A DNA stretch of 64,000 nucleotides from Burkholderiales bacterium (GTDB lineage: Bacteria > Pseudomonadota > Gammaproteobacteria > Burkholderiales > Burkholderiaceae_C), in contig JADJCH010000014.1 in NCBI GenBank assembly GCA_016703325.1, positions 17,931-81,930 on the forward strand, in the 5' to 3' direction. Below are positions 44,793 through 54,446 of the stretch, in pieces. How positions within the stretch are numbered: the first letter of the stretch is position 1; every line of letters begins with the position of its first letter. Under the pieces are notes generated by a model that searched no databases, was not told where the DNA came from, and saw only the letters and a program-made list of their open reading frames with translations. The position numbers were made by a program, and so were the translations under genes.

Positions 44793-46397
44793 TCAGCCGA
44801 ACAGGCCGTGCAGGAACCAGCGCGGCGCGGCGCCGTCGGCCTGTTCCAGGCTGCCCTGGCGCTCGCGGAAGATCCACCACAGCCGGCCGTCCTCGCCCAG
44901 GGCGACGTGGTAGTCCCGGCGCAGCAGCGCGCCGTCGTGCCAGCCGGTCTCGATGCGCTCCGGCCGGGTGAGCAGGCGCAGCGGCCGGCCGTCCAGCGCG
45001 GGGGTGTTGTCTGAGGCGCCGGCCGCGCCCGGTGGCCCCGGTGGCCCCGGCGGGGTCAGCGGGCGTGGTGCCTCCAGCAGCCAGGCCGGGCGCGGCGGGG
45101 CGGCCGCGGCTGCGGCGGCAGAGGAAGGCAGGCGGCGCTCTGCACCCTCCCGGCCGCCCGGCTGAGGGGCGGCGCGCTGCTGGGCCTTCTCCGGCCGGGC
45201 ATCCGGCTGCAGTTGCAGGCGCAGCAGGCGCTCGTCGCCCAGGCGGGCGCGCAGGCGGTCGATCAGGCCGGCCAGGGCGTCCTGGTGGCCGCGCTCGTCC
45301 GGCTGGTCCGGCAGGAGGGCCAGGGGGCGGCCGGCCTCGGCCTGCTGGCCGGTCAGCTCCAGGCGGAGGCTGTCCACCGCAGCGCTCAGCACCACCTGCT
45401 GCAGCCGCTCGCGCAGCAGGGTGATCAGGTGGGCTGCGTCGCGGCTGGGGGTGGTCAGCTGCAGCTCGATGAGCTGGTCCGGCAGGTGGCGGCGCGCGCC
45501 CTGTTCGTGGCGCAGGTTCAGGCGCAGCGCGGTGGCGGCCTGCCAGCGCCGCGCCAGCCAGCCGCACAGGCTGTGCACCAGCGGGGTGAGGGCGCCTTCC
45601 AGGTCGGCCACCGCCTCGGCGCGGTGGGGCAGCTCCAGGTCCAGCCGGCAGGCCTCGGGTGGTTCGTGCCAGCGGCGCGGGTCCGGGCGACGGCCTTCGG
45701 CCCGGTCCAGCGCGTCGACCCAGGCGGCAGCACCGCGGCGGTTCAGCCCGCTGCGGGGCAGGCGGTGCAGGTCGGCCAGGGTGCGGGCGCCCAGGGCCTG
45801 CAGCATCTCCAGGCTGTCGGCGGTGGCCACCTCATCGGGGGCCAGCCGCCCGGCCAGCCGTGCCAGCGCGAGCGGCTGCAGGCGCTGGCGGGTGCTCTCC
45901 AGCCGCAGGGCGTGGCGGTGCCGCTGGCCGGCCGCCGCCAGCCACTGGGCTGCCAGCGGGGTGGTGGCCAGGCTGCTGCGCACCTGCAGGCCGCTGCTGC
46001 GGGTGATCGCCAGGGCCCGGGTCCGCAGCCGCCGGATGCCGCCGAACAGGCGCAGGCTGGCACGCACCTCCAGCAGCAGCTGGTCCGGTGGGGCGGGGCA
46101 GATGTGGGGCGTCAGGCAGCCCAGCGCCAGGGCCAGCCGTTCCAGCGCAGCGGCCTCCCGGGCCGGGTCGCGTGCCAGCCGCAGCGCCTGGGGTGCCAGC
46201 GCCTCGGCCGTGTTGAGGCGTTGGCCCGGCTGCAGGTCCAGGGATCGCGCCGCAGCGTTGACGCAGCAGACCTGCCGGGCACCGCGGGCGTCGGCCGCCC
46301 AGACCAGCGCGGGGCAGGCGGCCAGCGGCTCAGGCCAGGGCCCCAGGGCGTCCAGCGGCAGGCGCGGCAGGTGCAGGCACAACCACAGGGCGTTCAT
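44793..46397 (-). CDS. imuB: Y-family polymerase-like ImuB
   Basis: LWLCLHLPRL, VNAAARSL, LLEVRASLRLFGG, PERIETGW.D...RDY. Confidence 0.9.
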   Translation of the reverse strand: MNALWLCLHLPRLPLDALGPWPEPLAACPALVWAADARGARQVCCVNAAARSLDLQPGQRLNTAEALAPQALRLARDPAREAAALERLALALGCLTPHICPAPPDQLLLEVRASLRLFGGIRRLRTRALAITRSSGLQVRSSLATTPLAAQWLAAAGQRHRHALRLESTRQRLQPLALARLAGRLAPDEVATADSLEMLQALGARTLADLHRLPRSGLNRRGAAAWVDALDRAEGRRPDPRRWHEPPEACRLDLELPHRAEAVADLEGALTPLVHSLCGWLARRWQAATALRLNLRHEQGARRHLPDQLIELQLTTPSRDAAHLITLLRERLQQVVLSAAVDSLRLELTGQQAEAGRPLALLPDQPDERGHQDALAGLIDRLRARLGDERLLRLQLQPDARPEKAQQRAAPQPGGREGAERRLPSSAAAAAAAPPRPAWLLEAPRPLTPPGPPGPPGAAGASDNTPALDGRPLRLLTRPERIETGWHDGALLRRDYHVALGEDGRLWWIFRERQGSLEQADGAAPRWFLHGLFG

Positions 46398-47556
46398 GGC
46401 GGGGAGGGGATGGCGGGGATGGTGGGAGTGGCGGGAATGGGGGCGGGGCAGGGGCCGGTGGGGGTGTCGACAGGGGGGAGGTGGTTGGGGGCAGTGCGCG
46501 TTCGGGGAAGGGCCAGGGGCGCGGCGGCGGTGGCGCGGCCGGTCGGCTGGGCCGCACCGGCTGACGCACCGGGGTGGACGGTGGGGTGGGCACCGGGGTG
46601 GGAGGCAGGGAGGGCATGGGCAGGGGCTGCGACAGCCGGTGCGCCAGCGGCAGGCCCAGGGCGCTGCGCAGGTCGAGCTCCAGCGGCTGTGCCAGCGGCG
46701 GGCCGCGGCGTTTGAGGAGTTCCAGCTGCAGTTGGCCGGGCTGCAGCGCGTCGGCCCGGCAGGCCAGGCGCAGCGCCGCGGGGGAGGACTGCGCCGCAGC
46801 CGCCAGCGGCCGCAGCACCCACAGCAGCACCGGGCGGCCCTGTGCCGCCAGGTGCAGCCGGCGCAGGTGCATGCCCAGCCGGCCTTGTTTCGCCAGGCCG
46901 GAGTTCGCCGGGCCTGTGGACAAGGTTGTGGAGTGGCTGTGTGAAGGGCGTGGAGGGACTCCTCGCCGATGTGTGGGCAACCCTGTGGGCAAGGCTGTGG
47001 GCAGGCCTGTGGAGAGGCGGTGGGGGGGGTGTGGGGCGGCGGTGGATGGCTGCGGCGGGCGGGCGCTGCCGTTGGCGTGGCCGTGGGCTTGGGGGGCCGC
47101 TGCGGGGCCCCAGGCCCACCAGATCACCGCGGCGGCGGCGCCGCTGCGCAGGGCCTGCTCGGCCGCCCAGGCGCCTTCGGCCTCGGCGTCGGTTTCCACC
47201 CAGAGCAGGCGCGGCAGCGCCAGGCCGAGGGCGGCCAGCCCGGGGGCGTAGGTGCGCCAGGGACCGGGGCTGCCGATGCAGACCACCTCCCGCCCTGGTT
47301 CGCCCGGCCGGCCCTGGGTCAGCCGGGCCAGCACCGGGGCCAGCAACCGCCATTCACCCTGACCGGGTTCGGCCAGCAGCAGCTCGGTGAGCCACCCCAG
47401 CGGCCAGCCGCCACCGGGCAGTTGTGCGTCCAGCGCCGCATGCCCGCTGGGGCAGGTGGGCATGGGAGTGCTGTCGAGCTGGTCGGCTCGCCACAACCCG
47501 GCGGGCCAAGGCTGGCCTTGCAGGCGGTGGATGGGGGCGGTGGACATGGATGGCAT
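46330..47556 (-). CDS. imuA: ImuA (SulA/RecA-like) with large low-complexity insertions
   Basis: SGHAALDAQLPGGGWP.G.LTELL...GQGEWRLLAP, WAAEQALRSG, LRRLHLAA, PAALRL, LLKRRGP. Confidence 0.88.
   Translation of the reverse strand: MPSMSTAPIHRLQGQPWPAGLWRADQLDSTPMPTCPSGHAALDAQLPGGGWPLGWLTELLLAEPGQGEWRLLAPVLARLTQGRPGEPGREVVCIGSPGPWRTYAPGLAALGLALPRLLWVETDAEAEGAWAAEQALRSGAAAAVIWWAWGPAAAPQAHGHANGSARPPQPSTAAPHPPHRLSTGLPTALPTGLPTHRRGVPPRPSHSHSTTLSTGPANSGLAKQGRLGMHLRRLHLAAQGRPVLLWVLRPLAAAAQSSPAALRLACRADALQPGQLQLELLKRRGPPLAQPLELDLRSALGLPLAHRLSQPLPMPSLPPTPVPTPPSTPVRQPVRPSRPAAPPPPRPWPFPERALPPTTSPLSTPPPAPAPPPFPPLPPSPPSPPRHERPVVVPAPAAPAAGRPGALA
46915..47016. repeat. 12-bp-phased TGTGG[A/G]CA[A/G]-type repeats inside imuA
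   Basis: Units start at 46915 and 46927, then 46972, 46984, 46996 and 47008. Confidence 0.75.
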
Positions 47557-47570
47557 GCAGGGTCATGAGA

Positions 47571-47586
47571 CTGTATTTTTATACAG
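47571..47586. promoter_or_regulatory. LexA (SOS) box upstream of imuA-imuB-dnaE2
   Basis: CTGT-ATTTTTAT-ACAG, extended palindrome AGACTGTA...TACAGTCT, 15 bp upstream of the imuA ATG; matches the beta/gamma-proteobacterial CTGT-N8-ACAG consensus. Confidence 0.92.
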
Positions 47587-47782
47587 TCTTTGACGGGAAG
47601 GCAACCTCTGCAGCCTTTGTCCTGAGTGCATTTGTGTTCGCGCGTGAAGCTGCTTCGCACTCTGTTGCGATCCTGTGTCCGGCAGGTGAAGCCGTTCGCT
47701 GCAGGCAGCCTGTTCGCTGTTTGGAGGCCGGAGCCGGTCCCTAAGCTGGGGTTTCGATCAACCAGCTGGAAAGGACGGCGTC

Positions 47783-48391
47783 ATGAACATCGGCAATGTG
47801 GGCTCGGCAGGCAACGCCTGGGCCACGCAGATGCAGCGCGGCGGGCCACCGCCGGGCGCGCGCATGCAGGCAGGGATGCAGGCAGGGCAGGGCGCCCAGG
47901 GTGCCCAAAGCATGGAGGAGTTGTTTGCCCAGATCGACAGCGACGGAGACGGCAACATCACGCAGGGCGAGTTCGAGGCCTTCAAACCGACCGAGTCGTC
48001 CGACTCGTCATCTGCGGCCTCATCCTTCAACGTCGAGAGGTCCACCTCCGACTTTGCTGCGCAAAGGGGTGGCGGCCCGGGGGGCATGCACGGACCGGGT
48101 GGACCCCCGCCGGGTCCGCCGCCCGGGGACATGGGCAGCAGCGATCCGCTGGCCTCGCTGGACAGCGATGAGGACGGTGCCATCAGTGCCGAGGAGTTCG
48201 GCCTGGAAGGCGCGACGGCTCAGCTGCAGCAGCTGTTCGATGCCATCGACGGCGACGAAGATGGTTCGCTGAGCACTGCGGAGCTCAAGAGTTTCCATGA
48301 GCAGATGCAGGCCCTGCAGGTGCAGCACTATGCGCAGGTGGCGGCCAACGGAACAACTGCCGCTGCCGCTGTGGTGGGTACGGCGGCCTGA
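47783..48391 (+). CDS. EF-hand calcium-binding protein
   Basis: Three EF-hand loops: DSDGDGNITQGE, DSDEDGAISAEE, DGDEDGSLSTAE; RBS GAAAGGA. Confidence 0.85.
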   Translation: MNIGNVGSAGNAWATQMQRGGPPPGARMQAGMQAGQGAQGAQSMEELFAQIDSDGDGNITQGEFEAFKPTESSDSSSAASSFNVERSTSDFAAQRGGGPGGMHGPGGPPPGPPPGDMGSSDPLASLDSDEDGAISAEEFGLEGATAQLQQLFDAIDGDEDGSLSTAELKSFHEQMQALQVQHYAQVAANGTTAAAAVVGTAA

Positions 48392-48495
48392 GGCTGGCCC
48401 AACAGGCTCAACAGGTCCAACGGGGCCAACCGAGCGATCGAGGTGCGGAACAGCGACAATAACGGGTTGCCAACCGCCCTCGAACAGTTCCAGAC

Positions 48496-50160
48496 ATGGC
48501 TCAATACGTCTTCACCATGAACCGCGTCGGCAAGATCGTGCCGCCGAAGCGGCAGATCCTGAAGGACATCTCGCTGTCCTTCTTCCCCGGCGCCAAGATC
48601 GGCGTGCTTGGCCTGAACGGCTCGGGCAAGTCGACATTGCTCAAGATCATGGCCGGTCTCGACAAGGACATCGAGGGCGAGGCTTATCCGATGCCGGGTC
48701 TGAAGATCGGCTACCTGCCGCAGGAGCCGCAGCTCGCGCCCGAGGAAACGGTGCGCGAGGCCGTTGAGAAGGGCATCGGCGGCGTGCTCGCCGCCAAGAA
48801 GCGGCTGGACGAGGTTTACGCCGCCTATGCCGAAGAGGATGCCGACTTCGACGCGCTGGCCGCCGAACAGGCCGAGCTGGAGGCCATCATCGCCGCCGCC
48901 GGTTCCGAGAACACCGACCTGCAGCTGGAGCTGGCCGCCGACGCGCTGCGCCTGCCGCCCTGGGATGCGGTGATCGGCGTGCTCTCCGGCGGTGAGAAGC
49001 GCCGCGTCGCGCTGTGTCGCCTGCTGCTGTCCAAGCCGGACATGCTGCTGCTGGACGAGCCGACCAACCACCTGGATGCCGAGTCGGTGGAGTGGCTGGA
49101 GCAGTTCCTGCAGCGTTTCCCGGGCACCGTGGTGGCCATCACCCACGACCGCTACTTCCTGGACAACGCGGCCGAGTGGATCCTGGAACTCGACCGCGGC
49201 TTCGGCCACCCCTACAAGGGCAACTACTCCGACTGGCTGGACCAGAAGGAGCGCCGCCTGGAGGTGGAGCAGAAGAAGGAAGACGCCCGCATCAAGGCGA
49301 TGAAGGAGGAACTCAAGTGGGTGCGCTCCAACGCCAAGGGGCGCCAGGCCAAGAGCAAGGCGCGCCTGGCGCGCTTCGAGGAGCTGAGCGATGTCGACTA
49401 CCAGCGCCGCAACGAGACCAACGAGATCTTCATCCCGGTGGCCGAGCGCCTGGGCAACGAGGTGATCGAGTTCAAGGGCGTCTCCAAGAGCTTCGGTGAC
49501 CGCCTGCTGATCGACAACCTGAGCTTCAAGGTGCCGCCGGGCGCGATCGTCGGCATCATCGGCCCGAACGGCGCCGGCAAGTCGACGCTGTTCCGCATGA
49601 TCCAGGGCGTGGAGCAGCCGGATGCGGGCGAGGTGGTGATCGGCAAGACCGCCAAGCCGACCTTTGTCGACCAGAGCCGCGATGCGCTGGCGGCCGACAA
49701 GACGGTGTGGGAGGACGTGTCGGGTGGGCTGGACAACATCGTCGTCGGCCCCTTCGTGATGCCCTCGCGCGCCTACCTGGGCCGCTTCAACTTCAAGGGC
49801 AACGATCAGCAGAAGCTGGTGGGCAACCTCTCCGGTGGTGAGCGCGGCCGCCTTCACCTGGCCAAGACGCTGGCCCTGGGGGGCAACGTGCTGATGCTGG
49901 ACGAACCGTCCAACGACCTGGACGTCGAAACCCTGCGCGCGCTGGAAGAGGCGCTGCTGGAGTTCGCCGGTTCGGCCATGGTGATCAGCCACGACCGCTG
50001 GTTCCTGGACCGCATCTGCACCCACATCCTGGCCTGCGAGGGGGACTCGCAATGGTTCTTCTACAACGGCAACTTCCACGAGTACGAAGAAGACAAGAAG
50101 AAGCGCCTCGGCGAGGAGGGTGCACGGCCCAAGCGGGTGCGCTACAAGGCCTTGAAGTGA
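48496..50160 (+). CDS. ettA: Energy-dependent translational throttle protein EttA
   Basis: MAQYVFTMNRVGK start, two ABC domains, GAKIGVLGLNGSGKST, DEPTNHLDAESV. Confidence 0.96.
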   Translation: MAQYVFTMNRVGKIVPPKRQILKDISLSFFPGAKIGVLGLNGSGKSTLLKIMAGLDKDIEGEAYPMPGLKIGYLPQEPQLAPEETVREAVEKGIGGVLAAKKRLDEVYAAYAEEDADFDALAAEQAELEAIIAAAGSENTDLQLELAADALRLPPWDAVIGVLSGGEKRRVALCRLLLSKPDMLLLDEPTNHLDAESVEWLEQFLQRFPGTVVAITHDRYFLDNAAEWILELDRGFGHPYKGNYSDWLDQKERRLEVEQKKEDARIKAMKEELKWVRSNAKGRQAKSKARLARFEELSDVDYQRRNETNEIFIPVAERLGNEVIEFKGVSKSFGDRLLIDNLSFKVPPGAIVGIIGPNGAGKSTLFRMIQGVEQPDAGEVVIGKTAKPTFVDQSRDALAADKTVWEDVSGGLDNIVVGPFVMPSRAYLGRFNFKGNDQQKLVGNLSGGERGRLHLAKTLALGGNVLMLDEPSNDLDVETLRALEEALLEFAGSAMVISHDRWFLDRICTHILACEGDSQWFFYNGNFHEYEEDKKKRLGEEGARPKRVRYKALK

Positions 50161-50234
50161 GGCACGGCGCCCATCGTTGGTGTCAGGGTCTTCGGCGGGC
50201 GTTGAACCTGCCGTTTTCGGGTAAATTGAACTGA

Positions 50235-50594
<360 letters not shown>

Positions 50595-50620
50595 TCGCCC
50601 TGAGTCTGCGGCGCCTGCCT

Positions 50621-50650
50621 CACAACGGCCACCCTCGGGTGGCCGTTGTG
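50621..50650. terminator. Perfect 13-bp hairpin between convergent glnB and LOG genes
   Basis: CACAACGGCCACC-CTCG-GGTGGCCGTTGTG; no clear U-tract. Confidence 0.55.
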
Positions 50651-50685
50651 CCGATGGGGCCTCAGATGGTCTGATTGTCAGATCG

Positions 50686-51282
50686 TCAGATGCGCGTGAA
50701 ATCCGTGCCTTGCGCTGGGGCGGAATTCTGGTTTCCCCAGAGCCCTGCGAGGGTGCCGACGAGGGATTCCACCGAATCGTGCGACTGCAGCACCGCCATC
50801 TGCTCGGCGCTGACGAAGCCTGCTGCCTGGGTGTGCGCCATGAACTGGAGCAGGGGCTGGTAGAAGCCCGCCACATTCAGCAGCGCCACGGGTTTGTGGT
50901 GGTAGCCCAGGTGCTGCCAGGTCCAGACCTCGAACAACTCTTCCAGCGTGCCGATGCCGCCCGGCAGCGCCACGAAGGCGTCCGCGGCCTCGGCCATGCG
51001 CTGCTTGCGTTCATGCATGGTCTGCACCACCACCAGTTCGGTCAGCCCGGCATGACCCACCTCCCGTCGCATCAGGGAGTCCGGGATCACGCCCAGCACT
51101 TTTCCGCCGGCGGCCAGAACGGCATCGGCGACGATGCCCATCAAGCCGACTCGGCCGCCTCCGTAGACCAGCCGCCAGCCCTGGTGGCCGATGGCCTGTC
51201 CCAGCAGGTGCGCGGCTTCGCTGTACGCAGGGTTATGGCCCTCGCGGGAGCCGCAGTACACGCAGACGGAGCGCCGGGTCAT
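50686..51282 (-). CDS. LOG family protein (TIGR00730)
   Basis: [36 protein letters not shown]. Confidence 0.92.
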   Translation of the reverse strand: MTRRSVCVYCGSREGHNPAYSEAAHLLGQAIGHQGWRLVYGGGRVGLMGIVADAVLAAGGKVLGVIPDSLMRREVGHAGLTELVVVQTMHERKQRMAEAADAFVALPGGIGTLEELFEVWTWQHLGYHHKPVALLNVAGFYQPLLQFMAHTQAAGFVSAEQMAVLQSHDSVESLVGTLAGLWGNQNSAPAQGTDFTRI

Positions 51283-51310
51283 GGCTCTGTGCCTTTCGTC
51301 TTCAGTGGGT

Positions 51311-51691
51311 TCAGCCCAGCCAGCGCCGCCACAGCGCGCTGCCCCAGACCAGGGCACACAACAGCAGTGCGATCAGCACTGCAGCACTGCCGTAGTCCTT
51401 GGCCCTTTTGGAGAGGTCGTGCAGATCGAAGGAGATGCGGTCCACCACCGCCTCGATGGCCGAGTTCAGCAACTCCACGATCAACAGCAGCAGCACACTT
51501 CCGACCAGCAGGCAGACCTCGACCCAGTTGCGTCCCAGCCAGGGCGCCAGCGGCAGCAACAGCACGGCCAGCCAGACTTCCTGTCGAAAGGCACTCTCGG
51601 TGGCATAGGCGCTGCGCAGTCCCTGCGCGGAATAGCCGGCGGCATGAACGATGCGGTCCAGGCCGCTGCGGCCCTTGTGTGGATTTGACAT
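51311..51691 (-). CDS. dgkA: Diacylglycerol kinase
   Basis: [31 protein letters not shown]. Confidence 0.93.
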   Translation of the reverse strand: MSNPHKGRSGLDRIVHAAGYSAQGLRSAYATESAFRQEVWLAVLLLPLAPWLGRNWVEVCLLVGSVLLLLIVELLNSAIEAVVDRISFDLHDLSKRAKDYGSAAVLIALLLCALVWGSALWRRWLG

Positions 51692-51713
51692 GCGGCGGGA
51701 TTGTGCCTGCCGA

Positions 51714-52238
51714 TCAGCGCGGCGGAAGTGTGATCACCCGTGTGCCGCAGATCAGGTCGTGCAGAGCCTGGCGCTCTGGAAGGACATGGGCCAACGCAGC
51801 GTACATCAGCATTCCCGCCGTCAGCAGGCTGAAGATGGCCGCGGTGCCGTGCAGTCCGAGCAGCTGCGAGACCAGCAAGGCAGGCAGGCACCACAGCCAG
51901 CCCAGCAGATACCGGGCGCTCGCACGCAGCCAGCCCAGCCGTGCGCCGGTGGCGGTGGTCACCTTCAGGCGCCAGGTGCGGGTGGCGACGGTCTGACCCC
52001 CATGGGTCCAGAACCAGACAAAGTACAACCAGAACAGCAGGAACACGAACACCTGCAATCCACTGCGGCCCTGCAGGGCATGGCGCTGCTGGGTGATCAG
52101 CGCGTACAGAAAACCTCCCAGCATCACCACGCCGAAAAGCAGCACGCCTTCATAGAGCAAGGCTGCCAGGCGGCGCCAGTAGCCCGGGGGCTGGCCGCGG
52201 GCCTCGTTCGCTTCGTTGGGGGAGACGGATTCGGTCAT
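51714..52238 (-). CDS. RDD family membrane protein
   Basis: WRRLAALLYE, GQTVATRTWRLKV, QALHD. Confidence 0.85.
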   Translation of the reverse strand: MTESVSPNEANEARGQPPGYWRRLAALLYEGVLLFGVVMLGGFLYALITQQRHALQGRSGLQVFVFLLFWLYFVWFWTHGGQTVATRTWRLKVTTATGARLGWLRASARYLLGWLWCLPALLVSQLLGLHGTAAIFSLLTAGMLMYAALAHVLPERQALHDLICGTRVITLPPR

Positions 52239-52319
52239 GGGGCCGGAACGCGACAGGGTCAGGGTCACGCAGGGAAGGATCATCGATGCGGAGGATATCC
52301 GCCGATGAGGCCGTTGACC

Positions 52320-53066
52320 TCAGTGCTGCGTGCTGTCGATCGTCGGCAGGGCTGCTGCAGCCTGCGGTCCGCGCTGCGGCAGCAGGGTGTGGCGATCGAC
52401 GAAGTCTGAATTCGTGGCGATCTTCGGCATGCCCGCCTGCTGGTGTCTTGGGGGGACCGGTTGCTGGGTGATGGGCCGGGTGCTGGCACCCACACGGGCC
52501 TGCACCGTGCCTGGGGCGACCACTCGAGCGGCCGTTGGAGGGGGCATGGCCTTCGCGGTGGCAACGGTCGGCGATCCATTCTTGGGGGTGAGCGCCACCG
52601 GAGGAGCCACCGGTGCCGGCTGGGCCCTCTGGCTGGCCTTGTCAGCCAGCGCCTTGCGTTGCTCCTCGGGAAGTGCCAGATAGGCTTCCCAGAGGGACTG
52701 ACTGTCCCCGCCCACCAGACGGCGGGTCTTTTCGTAGCGCACTCGGGCTGCGTTGCGCTCGGCCGTGCTCATCCCGGCCCATTCCGTCATGCGCGCCTGC
52801 AGGCGAATCTGCTGTTCCTTGGGCAAGGTTGGGAATCGACCCGCGATTTCCAGCCACTTCTTCTTGCGCAGGGGATCAATGGTCTGCCACTGGCCTTGCA
52901 ACGGCTGCAGGCTCAAGCGCTGCGCAGGGGTCAGTTCGGCCCAGGTGGGACCCTGTCCGGGTGGATTGGCGTTGACAGGCGGACTCAGCCAGACCCAACC
53001 GGCGAGCACAATCGCCCACATTCCCGACAGTCGGTGGATCCGCCAAGATCTCCTGTGCAACTGCAT
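52320..53066 (-). CDS. DUF3106 family protein
   Basis: WAELTPAQR..LQPL...W...RKKKWLEIA..F, RMTEWA.MS..ER..AR. Confidence 0.8.
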   Translation of the reverse strand: MQLHRRSWRIHRLSGMWAIVLAGWVWLSPPVNANPPGQGPTWAELTPAQRLSLQPLQGQWQTIDPLRKKKWLEIAGRFPTLPKEQQIRLQARMTEWAGMSTAERNAARVRYEKTRRLVGGDSQSLWEAYLALPEEQRKALADKASQRAQPAPVAPPVALTPKNGSPTVATAKAMPPPTAARVVAPGTVQARVGASTRPITQQPVPPRHQQAGMPKIATNSDFVDRHTLLPQRGPQAAAALPTIDSTQH

Positions 53067-53069
53067 GCC

Positions 53070-53579
53070 TCACTCCTGCTCGGCAGCCGGGGGCAGGGGG
53101 GTCACGAGGAACTCGCTGAAGCCCGGGTCGGTATAAGCGGCCGGGGGCAACTCGTCACCCAGCAGGGCTGCGTCGATTTCAGCAGTCGCGGAGATCTGCT
53201 CCGAAGCGCGCCATTCATCGATGCCGATCAGCCCCGCAACCAGCAACAACAAGGGGATGAGGACGCCCAAGCGCATCCACCAGGCTTCGTCCTGCTCCGG
53301 GCGACCGCCGCGCAACGCCATCGCACCCGAGGAGGGGTCGAGCTGGACCATCTCGGCGGTTGGAATCCGGGGGGCAACGGCCGGTTGACGGCGCTTGCCT
53401 GCAGCTTGCCGGGCCTGGTCCATGGCCTGGAGTCGGGCGATCCTCAATCGCTCCTCGATGTCGTGACCCACAGCCAAGCTGCCGCCTTGCAGCCTGGCGG
53501 CCACACGCAGGCCGAACCTGGCCTCCAGTGCGGCCGCTTCGGCGGACGACAGGTGACGTGGGGTCAATGGCGAGTTCAC
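53070..53579 (-). CDS. DUF3619 family membrane protein (probable anti-sigma)
   Basis: DIEERLRIARLQA, one TM, IDAALLGDELPPAAYTDPGF; GTG start overlaps the sigma stop. Confidence 0.82.
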   Translation of the reverse strand: MNSPLTPRHLSSAEAAALEARFGLRVAARLQGGSLAVGHDIEERLRIARLQAMDQARQAAGKRRQPAVAPRIPTAEMVQLDPSSGAMALRGGRPEQDEAWWMRLGVLIPLLLLVAGLIGIDEWRASEQISATAEIDAALLGDELPPAAYTDPGFSEFLVTPLPPAAEQE

Positions 53580-54142
53580 AGCGAGATTCCCTTGATTTTC
53601 AGAGCCTGCGCCAGCGTGTGCACAGCCCGAGAGCAATGTGTCTTGACGCTGCCTTCCGAGCAGCCCATGGCCGCAGCGGTTTCTGCAACATCCATCTCTT
53701 CCCAGTAACGCATCAGAAAGGCTTCCCGTTGACGCGTGGGTAGCCTGGAAATTTCCGCCTCGATGGCGCGCAAGATCTGTGCGCGTTCGAACTGCTCCGC
53801 GGTGCTTTCGGTCGCGGTCGAGCCGCTCTGGTCCTCCAGCATCTCCAGCAGGTCAAAGTCCGGATCCCCGTCGGGGGACTCGAACTCGGAGAAAAGGTTC
53901 ATCACGCCCCTGCGCACCTTTTGATGGCGAAACCAGTCCATGGTGGCGTTGGACAGGATGCGCTGGAACAGCATGGGCCATTCGGCCGGCGTCCGATCCC
54001 CGTAGCGCTGCGCCAAACGGATCATGGCGTCCTGCACGATGTCCAGCGCAGCGTCCTCATCGCGGACCGCATAGACGGTGCGTTTGAAGGCGCGCTTCTC
54101 GACGGCTTGAAGGAAGTCGGAGAGGTCTTGTTCTGCGGACAA
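53576..54142 (-). CDS. ECF RNA polymerase sigma factor
   Basis: ALDIVQDAMIRL, LFQRILSN, LPTRQREAFLMRYWEEMDVAETAAAMGCSEGSVKTHCSRA; TTG start. Confidence 0.92.
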   Translation of the reverse strand: MSAEQDLSDFLQAVEKRAFKRTVYAVRDEDAALDIVQDAMIRLAQRYGDRTPAEWPMLFQRILSNATMDWFRHQKVRRGVMNLFSEFESPDGDPDFDLLEMLEDQSGSTATESTAEQFERAQILRAIEAEISRLPTRQREAFLMRYWEEMDVAETAAAMGCSEGSVKTHCSRAVHTLAQALKIKGISL

Positions 54143-54446
54143 AGGGGGTGGGCAGCGCGGGGCTGCGGCGACACAAAGGCAGCCGGAATTATGTCATCGG
54201 GGTGTCGGCCTCCCACCACAGGCGCTGCCATGAGAGGAAACCCGCGCAGACAGTGCAATAATCCCATTCCCGCACACCGTGCGGGTCATGGTCAGTTTCG
54301 GACACCCGACCCCGGGTGCCTTCGTTTTTGACCGCGCAGGCCCCGATTCCGCCCCACAAGGGCGAGTCGGCTTGCCCCGTTCGGGTGAGCTGACGTGAGA
54401 AGGGGCACCGTTCGATTTTCGTCAGAGAAAACCCGAAAGGTTCACC

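Noticed and set aside
47022-47029. G8 tract in imuA (also G8 at 10987-10994) as a phase-variation switch
   Set aside because: Short G/C runs are expected at this GC content; no evidence of length variation.
41327-47586. imuA-imuB-dnaE2 with a LexA box as novel, or functionally linked to the adjacent pil operon
   Set aside because: Established SOS mutagenesis cassette; the pil operon has its own predicted promoter.
47634-47718. TTCGC-containing repeats upstream of the EF-hand gene as AlgR boxes
   Set aside because: Spacings of 17, 41 and 18 bp do not fit the 21-22 bp LytTR period.
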